A stretch of DNA of 64,000 bases from Octopus sinensis. Taxonomy: Eukaryota. Each line of letters starts with the position of its first letter. Position 1 is the first letter of the stretch. Shown here in pieces: positions 51,012-64,000 of this stretch. Location of the stretch: contig NC_043000.1 in NCBI RefSeq assembly GCF_006345805.1, forward strand, positions 106,640,001-106,704,000, in the 5' to 3' direction. Position numbers and translations under genes: made by a program. The notes below the pieces were generated by a model that saw only the letters and a list, made by a program, of their open reading frames with translations, did not search any database and was not told the origin of the DNA.

Positions 51012-54000
51012 CTAGCATTATGACCCGGCGTTACCGGATCATAGTGCTAGTTTGGTATAAATTTGTTAAATTAAAAATTTGGGGTAATAAAACATACAAA
51101 GACGAATTAAAATTCCAGAGAAAAATACATAGAAGATAAATATACAAATTTACAAAAGTACATAAAAGTTCGGAGATGCGCCAATTAATATGAAAAATAT
51201 CATATATTTAAAATTGACACTCCCCTCGTCAGGATGTTTTTTTACTCACAACACATAGTACACGGAAACAAATGCACAATTACATACCGGCTACATGCGA
51301 AAGACCAGACATTACGTACTCCCCAAAATTCTCATAGATACTGAATGCTACTTTATAAAATTTTTGAAAAGTTTCTTGAAAAATTTCATTAAAATTTTTG
51401 AAAATTTAAAAAAATTTTCATTAAAATTCTGTGTAAAAGTTTTCGAAAATTTTCCTGAAAGGTTTCTTGAAAAATGTTCATCAAAATTTTTGAAAAGTTT
51501 TTCGAAAATTTTCATTAAAATTTTTGAAAATATTTTTGACAATTTTCATAAAAATTTTCGCAAACGTTTTTGAAAATTTTTCTGAAATTTTTCATCAAAA
51601 TTTTGGAATGTTTTTTGAGAATTTTCATAAAAATTTTGAAAATTTATCTGAAAAATATCATAAAAATTTTGGAAAGTTTTCTGAAAATTTTCATCAAAAG
51701 TTTTAGAGTTTTTTTGAAAATTTCCATCAAAAAAAAGTTTCTTGAAAAATTTCATTAAAATTTTTAAAAATTAAAAAAAAAATTTTCATTAAAATTTTTG
51801 AAAATTTTTTTTGAAAATTTTCATCGAAAGTGTGTAAAAGTTTTTGAAAATTTTCCTGAAAAGTTTCTTGAAAAATATTCATCAAAATTTTTGAAAAGTT
51901 TTTGGAAAATTTTCATCAAAATTTTTGAAAATGGTTTTGAAAATTTTTATCAGAGTTTTCTGAAAATTTGCATCAAAATTTTAAAAAAGTTTTTTGAAAA
52001 TTTTCATCATACTATTTGCGAAGCTTTTTGAAAATTTTCATCAAAATTTTCATCATAATTTTGGAAAAGCTTTTTGAAAATTTTTATGAAAATTTTTGAA
52101 AAGTTTTTTTGAACATTTCCTTCAAGATTTTTGAAAAGTTTTTTGAAAATTTTCATAAAAATTTTGGAAAAGTTTTATGAAAATTTTAATGAAAATTCTT
52201 AGTTTTTTGAAAATTTTTATCAAAATTTTTGAAAACTTTTTAAAGAATTTTCATGAAAATGTTTGAAAATTTATTCTTAAAATTTGCATCAAAATTTTTG
52301 GAATGCTTTTTGAAAATTTTCATCAAAATTTTCGGAAGTTTTTTCAAAATTTCCAGCAAAAATTTAAAAAAGTTTTTTGAAAATTTTCATCAAATTTTTG
52401 AAATGTTTTTTTGAAAATTTTCATTAAATTTTTTAAAACTTTTCATCAAAATTTTTGAAAAGTTTTTTGAAAATTTACATCAATATTTTTGGAAAGTTTT
52501 GATGAAAATTGTTGAAAGTTTTTTGTAAATTTTCATTAAAATTTTTCAAAAGATTTTTGAAACATTTTATCAAAATTTTTCAAATTTTTTTTGAAACTTT
52601 GTAACAAAATTTTTCAAATTTTCTGAAAATTTTCATCAAAATTTTTGAAAAGTTTTTGAAAATTTTCATCAGAATTTTTGAAAATTTTTCTGAAAATTTT
52701 CATTAAATTTCGGAAAAGTTTTTTGAAAATTTTCGTCAAAATTTTGGAAAGTTTGTGAAAATTTTCATCAAATTTTTTGAAAAGTTCTGTTGCCGGCAAT
52801 ATTCGGCAAACACCAATCTCCAAAAATGCTACACTGCTAATCTGCTGCTATCTCCGGCAATTTCCGGCAATGTTCGGCTATCTCCGGCAATCTCGGTCCT
52901 CTCCGGCCATCTCCGGTTATCTCCGGCAATATCCGGCAAACTCCAGCAAACTTCGGCAATCCCGGCAATCTCCACCAACCTCCGGTAAACTCCGGCAATT
53001 ATCATCAAAATTTTAGAAAAGTTTTTTGAAAATTTTGATGAAAATTTTTGAAAAGTTTTTTTGAAAATATTTATCAAAATCTTTGAAAATTTTTCATGAA
53101 TATTTTTGAAGAGATGTTTTGATAATATTTTTTCAAAATTTTTCGTAACTTTTTTGAGAATTTTTATCAAAAGTTTGGAAAGTTTTAAAAAATTTTCATC
53201 AAATTTTTTGAAAAGTTCTTTTGCCGGCAATCTACGGCAATATCCGGCAAACACCAATTTCCCAAAATGCTACACCACCAACAATCTGGCTATCTCCGTC
53301 TATCTCCGGCAATTTCAGGCAATCTTCGGCTATCTCCCGCAATCTCCGGCAGTCTCCGGCAATCTCTGGTTATCTCCGGCTATCTCCGGCTATCTCCGGC
53401 AATCTCCGGTAAACTCCGACAATCTCCGGCAAACTCCATCAATCTCCGGCAAACTCCGGCAATCTCCGGCAAACTCCGGCAATCTCCGGTAAACTCCGGC
53501 AATTATCAAAACTTTGGAAATGTTTTTTGAAAATTTCTATGAAAATTTTTGAAAATATTCATCAAAATCTTTGAAAATTTTTCATCAAAATTTTTGAAGA
53601 GATTTTTTGATAATATTTTTTTCAAAATTTTTGGTAAGTTTTTTGAGAATTTTCATCTAAATTTTAAAAAGTTTTTCTAAAATTTTCATGAAAATGTTTG
53701 AAAATTTTTCTGAAAATTAGCATCAAAATCTTTGAAAAGTTTTTTGAGAATTTTCATCAAAATTTTGAAAAGGTTTTTTAAATTTTCATGAAAATGTTTC
53801 AAAATTTTTCTGAAAATTAGCATCAAAATCTTTGAAAAGTTTTTTGAGAATTTTCATCAAAATTTTGAAAAGTTTTTTTTAAATTTTCATGAAAATGTTT
53901 CAAAATTTTTCTGAAAATTAGCATCAAAACTTTTGAAAAGTTTTTTGAAAATTTTCATCAAAATTTTGGAAAGTTTTTGAAAATCTATTCATCAAAATTT

Positions 54001-55654
54001 TAAAAAAGTTTTCTTAAAATTTTCATCAAAATTTTTGAAAAGTTTTTTGAAAATTTCATCAAAATTTTTGAAATGTTTTTTGAAAATTTACATCAAAATA
54101 TTTGAAAAGTTTTCTGAAAGTTTTGATGAAATTTGTGGAAAGCTTTTGAAAATTTTCATCAAAATTTTCGAAAATTTTTTTTAACTTTTCGTCAAAATTT
54201 TTGAAAATTTTCTGAAAATTTTCATCAAAAGTTCTTTTGCCAGCAATCTACGGCAATATCCAGGAAACTCCAATCTTCCAAAATGCTACTCTGCCAATCT
54301 CCGGCTATCTCCGTCTATCTCCGGCAATTTCCGGCAATCTTCGGCTATCTCCGGCAATCTCCGGCACTCTCCGGCTATCTCCGGCCATCTCCGGCTATCT
54401 CCGGCCATCCCCGGCTATCTCCGACTATCTCCGGTAAACTCCGGCAATCTCCAGTAAACTCCGGCAATCTCCGGCAAACTCCGACAATCTCCGGCAAACT
54501 TCGGCAATCTCCGCCAATCTCCGGCAAAATTTTTGAAAATTTTTCTGAAAATTTTCATTAAATTTCAGAAAAGTTTGTTGAAAGATTTCATCAAAATTTT
54601 GGAAAGTTTTTTGAAAATTTTCATCAAAATTTTTGAAAAGTTTTCTGAAAGTTTCGATCAATATTTTGGAATGTTTTTTGAAAATTTACATCAAAATATT
54701 TGAAAAGTTTTCTGAAAGTTTTGATCAAATTTGTGGAAAGCTTTTGAAAATTTTCATCGAAATTTTCGAAAATTTTTTTGAAACTTTTCGTCAAAATTTT
54801 TCAAAATTTTCTGAAAATTTTCATCAAAAGTTCTTTTGCCAGCAATCTACGGCAATATCCGGGAAACTCCAATCTTCCAAAATGCTACTCTGCCAATCTC
54901 CGGCTATCTCCGTCTATCTCCGGCAATTTCCGGCAATCTTCGGCTATCTCCGGCACTCTCCGGCACTCTCCGGCTATCTCCGGCCATCTCCGGCTATCTC
55001 CGACTATCTCCGGTAAACTCCGGCAATCTCCAGTAAACTCCGGCAATCTCTGGCAAACTTCGACAATCTCCGGCAAACTTCGGCAATCTCCGCCAATCTC
55101 CACCAATCTGCGGCAATATTTTTGAAAATTTTTCTGAAAATTTTCATTAAATTTCAGAAAAGTTTGTTGAAAGTTTTCATCAAAATTTTGGAAAGTTTTT
55201 TGTAAATTTTCATCAAAATTTTTGAAAAGTTCTTTTGCCGGCAATATCTGGCAAACTCCTATCTCCCAAAATGTTACTACACAAATTTTGAAAAATTTTT
55301 CTGAAAATTTTCATTAAAATTTTGGAAAAGTTTTTTGAAAATTTTCATCAAAATTTAAGAAAGTTTTGAAAATTTTCATTAAAACTTTTGAAAGATTTTC
55401 TGAAAATTTTCAACAAAAGTTTGGAAAGTTTTTGAAAAAAGTATCAAAATGTTTGAAAAGTTTTTTGAAAATTTTCATCAAAATATTGGAAGATTTTTGA
55501 AAATTTTATCAAAATTTTAGAAAAGGTTTCAGAAAATTTCATCAAAATTTTTGAAATGTTTTTTGAAAATTTTCATGAAAATTTTTGAAAGATTTTTTGA
55601 AGATTTTTCTGTATGCATGGGACTTGAACGCACACCTCTATTAATGATAAGTGA
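51012..55654 (-). mobile_element. Non-autonomous Helitron filled with satellite arrays
   Basis: Minus strand reads A|TC...CTAG|T; subterminal ccgg-taacg-ccgg hairpin 9 nt before the CTAG; interior consists of AT-rich 20-35 bp repeats and (ctccggcaat)n blocks. Confidence 0.7.
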
Positions 55655-56133
55655 TATTTGTGAATATATATATGCATATATATAAATTTAAATAAAGAAG
55701 TATTATTGCCATTATTAATAAGGTGGCTAGCAAGTTGACACTGTTGCAGGCACAATATAAGGTAAATTTAGATTCAGTCGGGGATATAATACCACTTGCT
55801 AAAATTTTTTCTTGCTCACTATAGTTTTCTTTTAAATGGAGCGGGATGTTTAAACTAAAAAATGTACATGTTCTAATGTAGTGAATATTTTAGAAATAGA
55901 TGCGAAAATGTTATTTTCAACTGAAAATTGCAGTGTATGTTTTTCATGCAAAATATGAAATGAATTGATATTGATACTTACTGTATTCAATGCAAAGATA
56001 ATCCTATTTCTCATGTGTTCATTGCATTGCTCATGTGTATCCTTATCATGAATTTATGGTGGTTTTTGGAGCATTGGCTCTGAATTTAGCAAGTGGTATT
56101 ATATACCCTTCTGAATCTAAATTTACCTTATAT

Positions 56134-56167
<34 letters not shown>

Positions 56168-56342
56168 GTTCAGATTTATAGAAAACAAGACAAAGATGGG
56201 AGGGAAAAACAAGCATTATTATTAGTTTGATGCTGGGAAGAATGGAAAAGTCTTTTACATTTTGAACCTTTGCTCTTTGACAGAAAGACTTGAAAGAATA
56301 TATATATATATAAATCTATTCATATATGTATATACGTTTGGA

Positions 56343-56387
<45 letters not shown>

Positions 56388-58297
56388 ATATATATATATA
56401 TATATATACTCCCAAATTTAATTAATTGCAGTTTTGTAAACCATTAGCAATAAAAACCTACAATATCAAGGAAAGTAATTCAAAATGAGGAATATCTCAA
56501 ATAAAATACTGTATAGATACCTCTTTTTTGTTTTTAGTTCTGTTTTTGTATTGTTTTGTTTCTTTTAGACAAGCCAATGTTATGAAGAAAAAACGAAGGC
56601 AAGTTTTATCAATGTGTTTGTTTTGCTTTTTTTTTTAGCATTCTGTTCTTTTGTGTTTTGTGACATTGCTTGCTTGCACCACTAAGTATTAGTTATTGAG
56701 CATCACTACTCTTTCTTACAGAAGAATTTTTCCTAACTAACATTTAATCAGCTTGTTTCTTTCTAGTGTTTATAGCACAGTCTTGTATGTTTTTTTAAAA
56801 ATTACTTTGATTGCTAATTTAACCATCCTCTTCAATGTGAATGAAGCAGCTTTAGAAATTTTGGAAAAAGGAGGAAAATGTTTAACATTTACAGTTACTC
56901 TATGTTTTGATACTTTTTAATCTCTGACCATAATTAGATGTGTTATTCCTTAATACATACATAATTGCAGACTGATTTCAAGCTAGAAACCTTTATTTTA
57001 AAATTCATAACATTTTTGTATTTGATTTGTATTTGATTTTGTATTTCTTGATTTGAATTTGTGTGTTGAGGCAGATTTTGTTGTATTTTGGGAGGATCAT
57101 TACACCAATAATAAACACATGCACTGGTTCAGTTTTACTTCTTTATTATTCATCAATTGGTTAGCTATTTAACCAAGTAACTAATTGACTATTTGCTTGA
57201 TCATTCGGTTAATTGGTCAATCAGCTGTATTTGCCAAAGTTCTTTTGAAGCCGATCTGGTGAAGAGAGGGCATATCATTGAAGTGGTCAAGAATGGCAAT
57301 AAAAGGACTTTGATGAACACAGATGACTGATATAATAACAATTCTTATTCATTTCGCTGCTTACATATGAAAATGATTGAACATCATATTAATGTAAATG
57401 TAAACAAATTTTCAATCCATTTCTAAAGATGTGGTTAATACAATTAATAAATGAAGTAAATTGAAAAATCATTTTAACAAGCATGCTAACTTCATTTTGG
57501 GATCACTGACTTCATTGACATCGATATGAGGATATTGATATCATTTACAATGGGCACATTAAGTATTTTATATACGACAGTTAGTTAATCAATGCAATTA
57601 ATTTCATTATAGTGCTGGTATATTAATACCAGCTTAGTGCTAATATTTTGATTTCAAATTTTGGCATAGGGCCAGAAATTTTGGGGGAGGAGTGACCCCA
57701 GAACTCAGCTGTTACTTATTTTATCAATCTCAAAAGGATGAAAGGTTTAAGTCAACCTTGGTAGAACATGAAGACTGATGAAGTGTTGCTAAGCATTTCA
57801 CCTGGTGTACTAATGGTTCTGCCTACCTGCCACCTTACATAGTGCTAATACATCAATACCAGTATTATAGTGTATTGGCTCCTACCTGATTGAATGAAAT
57901 GCAAAATTTAACTGTGTCAAGATTTGAACTTGGAAAGAGTTTCAGAAACCAAAGTAAAGAATTAATGTGCCCTTGTGCAAACCACTTCATTTCACATTGC
58001 TTCAGTACACTCAGCTGTGCATGGGTAAATCTGAAACAGACTGGCGTACATGTGCACATGCATGCACACACACACACAATTTGTTTTTTAATGGTTGAAT
58101 TTGAAGTAGGTTAAGTAGTGTGTAAATAAAAAAACACTTTGGACAGAAAAAGTTGAAGGCTGCTCACCCAGTGTACCACATACACTTATTTATAGCTTTA
58201 TCTGCTTAAAGTTGAACTTTTAAAAATGAATTATTTCATGTTCTCTTGAGGTTTCTAAATTCTTATGATGTAAACAATATAGATGTATGTATGTATG

Positions 58298-58329
<32 letters not shown>

Positions 58330-58679
58330 TGTATGTATGTATGTATGTATGTATGTATGCATGCATGAATGCATGCATGCATGTATGTATGTATGTATGT
58401 ATGTATGTATGTATGTATGTATGTATGTATGTTTGCATGCAGGCATGCATGTATGTATGTGTGTATGTATGTTACTGTTTGTTTTTATGTTCACTTATAA
58501 TAAAAACTATTTTACATTAATCTGAAGGGCTACTCTATACTTTCGTAGAGTACAAATTTATTATTCTTATATTCTTATACAAGGATATTGTTGACAGTGA
58601 CTTTGAAATTTCGGCCAGCTGAATGATAGCTTAGCTGGCTGAAACTTCAAAGTCACTGTCAACAACATTCTTGTATAAG

Positions 58680-58717
<38 letters not shown>

Positions 58718-58857
58718 ATAATAAATATTAGGGAATAAATCCAAATTTACAAGGAAAAATCAGATTTAATATTGAATCCAATTTTATAGTAAAATATTAT
58801 ATTATATAGATATTTATATCGTAAAATATTGATTATATTTTATATTTTAGGTTTTGA

Positions 58858-58909
58858 AACCACCTGAAGAATGTCTAAGATGTGCTGACACGAAACGATC
58901 GTAGTGGTT
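58858..58909 (+). ncRNA. Minimal type I hammerhead ribozyme motif
   Basis: aaccac CTGAAGA a TGTC...GACA c GAAA CGATCG TA gtggtt; perfect 6-bp stem I. Confidence 0.65.
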
Positions 58910-59007
58910 ATTCATATGTTAAATTTTAATTTATATAAATTATTTTATGTATTGGCTTAAGTCTTTCTTTGTTTGATTTGCATAATAGTGGTTTTGTCTC
59001 TAATTTG

Positions 59008-59068
<61 letters not shown>

Positions 59069-59331
59069 TCAAATTAAAATCCAGAAAATCGAGAAGCACC
59101 ATTAATATAATTTATTAACTGAAAAATTCAACATGTTACTTACAACTGTTTTGAATTTGCCCAAAAGAATTAAATTCCAGTAATTAAAATATTTTATTGG
59201 GCAAAATCTCGTCAGAAGAGTAAAAAAGACATATTGTTAGGTTATTACATCTTATTCTTCCAAAACATCTCAACAGACCAGTAATTCATTGGATATTTTC
59301 TATCCCTTAAGGTTGTTTTTTTAACCTCTAA

Positions 59332-59385
<54 letters not shown>

Positions 59386-62300
59386 TTGCATAAAATTAGA
59401 TCTGAAATCAATTATTATTTCATTTTGGTAATTTATAGTTGCCAATTTGCTAATTAATAAACTTGCTTATAAATAGACAGGCACTGTATATTCTTTTATT
59501 TTTTTACTGAGTTGTTGAATGACAACTTTGCTGTGCCACTATCAAGTGTTTAGTTAATTGTACTGACCACAATATATATTTTAATTCGTTACTTATTCTA
59601 AGCCTGTATTTATTTGTCAAAGTGGTAGAGGAGCAAGTAATAGGACACAATAGGTGGCTACATGCTGGTAATGGGTAAAGTGACTGAATAGAAAAACAGA
59701 ATTGTCAGCATGATGTGCTAAGTCATGGGATATAGAGTGATACAGCATAAACAATGCTAGTTTTTACAGTAGCATAAACATAAACACACATACACATACA
59801 TATATAACAGAATATATAACTGAATCTGTCTATATTCAAATCCAGCTTTCATCATCTTTTATTATTCTTTCTTCCATCATGCCACCTGTGTAATGAAGGA
59901 TGGCAGTAGATCTGTATGTATTTAATACTAATATTATCTTCTTATTTCTTTATTGCCCACAAGGAGCTAAACAGAGAGGGGACAAACAAGGTCAAACAAA
60001 GGGATTAAGTCAATTACATCGATCCCAGTGCACAACTGGTACTTAATTTATTGACCCGTAAAAGAATTTGAACTCAGAACATAACAGCAGACATACCATC
60101 ACCCATCATTATTGCTATCCACCATTCTTTCTGTCACATTAGTCCTTCCTCTATCATATACATCACTCTCTCTCATTTCTATTAATTTTGCTTCCATAAC
60201 CTTGCCTCTCTCCTGTTATTATATTTTCTTTCATCATGCTGCTGATTCTGTCTTTCTATTCAATCACTTTACCCATCACCAACATGTAGCCACCCATCAC
60301 AGTATGTGGCCTTTTACTTGCTCCTCTATCACATTCTTACCCCTATCACTGTTTTACCTATCATAAGCTCCCTTTTATCACTTCCTCACTTTGGTTCCCT
60401 CTCATTTGTCAATCTCTCTATCAGCTTCTTGATCATGCTGCTTTGAACAAGTTGAGATATTGTAAAAAGATCCCCTTACTGGGGACAAAACAATCTGTCT
60501 AGTGATGGTGCCATGATAAACCACATCTGATATATTCTATAGAGTGGTTGGTGGATGAGCTCAGACAACATAGTGTTAGGGAGGACTCTTTGATCTTGCA
60601 GAGGGCAAGACAACTTCTCTAATGTTGATACTACCATAAACCATACCCATTACAGTATTGTAAAGTATCAACCTTATGAAGGGTATCAAGCTATAGAAAT
60701 CATGTCAAAAATGGAACATACAAGTGAGACGTAGTCCACAAACCTTTCATGGAGGGCGGTAGCTTCAAAACAGAAGCATCTTGGATAGTGATAAGCCATC
60801 CTACTCATATCAGGACTGAAAAACAAGTGTAAAATGGTGAGGATGATGCCAGTAGGCTTCTACATAGTTTCTCTCAATCAGAATCCTCTCTCAAGAAATT
60901 GGTCAACTTAAAGCTACAAGTTAACACACATTAAGATTAAATCCAGACCAATGTTTATTAGAGCAGAAGTCAACTCAAATAATAAGGTGATAATATAACT
61001 GTTCACGCATGTGTTTATTAAGTGGGGTAAATTGACAAACATGACTCTACCAAAATACAACAATACCAGTAATGTTTATTAGAGCAGTGATTATATAACT
61101 AACAATGCATATATCTATTAATTACAGCAAATTGACAAACATGGTTCTACCAAAATATAACAATGCCAATAATAGCAATTAATGCTTTGTAAAGTTTGCA
61201 GAATCAAATAAGTTTTTATGATTGAAAGATACAGGAGCATTGACATTTTGGTCAGAGTCCTTTAGAGAAGGAAATAATAAACTTGCTTATAAATAGACAT
61301 GCACTGTATATTCTTTTATTTTTCTACTGAGTTGTTGAATGACAACTTTGCTGGGCCACTATCAAGTGTTTAGTTAATTGTACTGACCACAATACATATT
61401 TTAGTTTGCTACTTATTCTACTTATTCTTTTCATTCCAAAGGGTTCTGCTAGAAATATTACTAGTGTGTCATACAAACTTAACTGAATTTGTAAATTAAA
61501 TTTTGCCCTCTAGTTTTTATCTAATGATTGATAAGTTTGGAAAAGACCTGTATGCAACATTAAATATTATGTCTCCATACAGCATAAACTTTTCTTCAGG
61601 TATCCCAACTTTATTAGCTGAATTTTCTATCACACACCACCCCTAGTTTCTTCAGGTTCCAGTTTGTATTTAATGATTTGTAAGTTTCGTCACATTTAGC
61701 AGTTAAGGATACAAAATTTAATTCGCATTCTTCAGTAGAATTGAAATCTAAGTCAAGAAATTGGACATCAGTAACATATTTTCATTCTTAATATTCAGAT
61801 TTGAACATGAATCTGCTGATCACTGTTGTATTTTGTCGTTGAAGAACAACTCCTCTCTTTAGATGATGTGTATTCATAATATATGCAATTCATAATATAA
61901 GGGGCTTTAAGACACCAGGGTGTTTCAGCCTTATTGTGTTTCTTTGGTCCAAGCCACATTAGATCAATGAATCTAAACAAGTGTACAAGCTTTTGTTTAT
62001 ATAAATCAACAAACAAATTATTGCTGATGTATCTACCAAACTGATAATTTTTTCATTAGGTGCATGCAAAACAGTGAAAATATAAACAATAACATATCTA
62101 TCCATTCTTAATATGTTCTGGCAGAGTTGAATGTGACTATACTGATTTCTAGTGTATTTTGCTATCAGAGAATGTCTCTTCCCTTATTTTGAAATAATTA
62201 TGCATTGTTTTATCGCTTTGAGATTTTGATGATGTCATTGTTTATTTGTACAATGACATTGTAGAATAGGAATGAGAGGCTAGATCTGGTCAGTTTCATC

Positions 62301-62831
62301 ATAAAACAGGTACAATATTTGGGCCAGACGTGATTGTTTAAATGCTAAAGGGTTAATAAACCTGTTTTAATTATGAGCAATGAAAATATTAGACTGTCTA
62401 ATTATCTAATATTTAGATTGTGATATTAATTAGATATAATTTAGGAAATCATATTTAGATAGCTTACATAATGTAGTTATTAAATATTAAATTATCTGTC
62501 ATTACTAGCATGTATTTTATCTATCCCTCTCTTTAACAAAGTATCTTATGCAAGATGTCAGAATTATTTTCTCCTTTGCAGGCTATTATCTAATTCCACT
62601 TTGATAATTTTTTTTTTATATTTGATCTATGTTAATGCAGGCTACTACTAGTTTCCTTGGATTCTACTGTTTTCTTTTCACACTTATGTTACCATATTTC
62701 TGTTGAAATATATTATTTCAATTAAGTTTTAAAATAATGAAGCATTTAGTAAAATAACTTTTGTCATTATTAAGCTAATATTTGGAACAAATTATACACA
62801 CACATACACACACACATACACACACACACAT

Positions 62832-62908
<77 letters not shown>

Positions 62909-62913
62909 TATAT

Positions 62914-63215
62914 GGTGGAGGTGCAATGGCCCAGTGGTTAGCGCAGTGGACTCACAGTCGGAGGATTATGGTTTCGATTTCCAGACTAGACGTTGTGTGT
63001 ATTTATTGAGCGAAAACACCAACAAGCTCCACGAGGCTCTGGCAGGGGGTGGTGGTGACCCCTGTTGTACTCTTTCACCACAACTTTCTCTCACTCTCTC
63101 TTCCTGTTTCTTGAGTAACGCTGCGATGGACTGACGTCCTGTCCAGCTGGGGGGGAACACATACGCCACAGAAACCAGGAAACTGGGCCCATGAGCCTGG
63201 CTAGGCTTGAAAAGG
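62914..63215 (+). mobile_element. SINE family 2 copy inserted after a (TA)n tract
   Basis: ggaggtgcaatggcccagtggttagcgcagtggactc...ggtttcgatttcc head plus a body matching 14030-14320. Confidence 0.85.
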
Positions 63216-64000
63216 GTGACGTTTTTATCGTTTTATATATATATATGGAGAGGGAGAGAGAGAAAGAGAAAGAGTACCTATTGCAATAGAATCTTAAAGC
63301 AGCAGAAACATTTTTTATATGAATATACCATCTAGGTTTCATCATTGTTGCTACTGTTGTTAATTTGTCTGCATCGTTTTAAGTCTGATTTCCATGTTGG
63401 ATGGGTTGTCACAGTTAGACAATTCTTACTTGGAATTTGCTGCCCATTTAGGTGAGTCATATGTCTATGCCATTTTTGGCTTGCTTTTATATGGCTAAGT
63501 GCCCTTCCTTTCATCAACCACTTTACGAAGTATACAAGGTGCATTTTATGGTGCCAGCACTAGAGAGGTGGTCATGTCCTCAACAAGTTTAAAAAGACTT
63601 CTCAACCTCACTTTTTCTCCACCCTCCTATGAACCACACTCAAATGGTTGAGTGCATTTTATCATGGCACCAGTTTTAATACCTAGAGTTTTAATTTAAA
63701 AAAGAAAACTAAAACAAAAAAGAAAACGACAAAAAAACTAGTAATAAATGTATGGTGAGGAAAGAGACTAACAATGGTGAATGTGATTTTCATAGCTTAC
63801 AAACCACATGGTTCCAGGTTCAGTCCCACTGCGTGGCACCTTGGTAAAGTGTCTTCTGCTAAAGCCCCGGGCCGACCAAAAGCCTTGTGAGTGGATTTGG
63901 TAGATGGAAACTGAAAGAAGCCTGTCGTATATATGTGTATATATATATGTTTGTGTGTCTGTGTTTGTCCCCCCAACATCGCTTGACAACCAATGCTGGT

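Noticed and set aside
55660-62760. Exons of a further host gene in the unique AT-rich tail of the window
   Set aside because: Isolated splice-like motifs only; no consistent reading frame could be assembled

Overview
AT-rich eukaryotic DNA, dense in microsatellites and repeats. The SINE and LINE repertoire suggests an octopus or other coleoid cephalopod (inference). The ORF track is almost entirely microsatellite or transposon noise. The real host content is two tandem paralogous 4-exon genes on the minus strand, assembled by hand from GT-AG sites with matching phases. Gene A is join(15825-15813, 13399-13227, 9054-8973, 6207-6050), 141 aa. Gene B is join(41839-41827, 34548-34379, 32251-31355, 29066-28909). 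Both encode a small secreted protein: signal peptide, amphipathic helix, two Cys pairs and a C-terminal helix, loosely reminiscent of anti-lipopolysaccharide factors. In gene B a 39-bp segment spanning the exon-3 splice donor is amplified to 22 copies. In 21 copies the GT donor is changed to CT, so exon 3 grows by 21 x 13 codons inside the first Cys-Cys loop. The added sequence encodes G-KR-delimited copies of SPS(K/R)SYSEII, a neuropeptide-precursor-like array of amidated peptides. Four 1-nt deletions in the array need verification. The rest of the window holds tRNA-SINEs, Dong/R4, RTE and Tx1/L1 LINE remnants, Penelope-like elements, at least six minimal hammerhead ribozyme motifs, two hAT remnants, a satellite-filled Helitron, and a 4 x 1.1-kb tandem amplification upstream of gene A.
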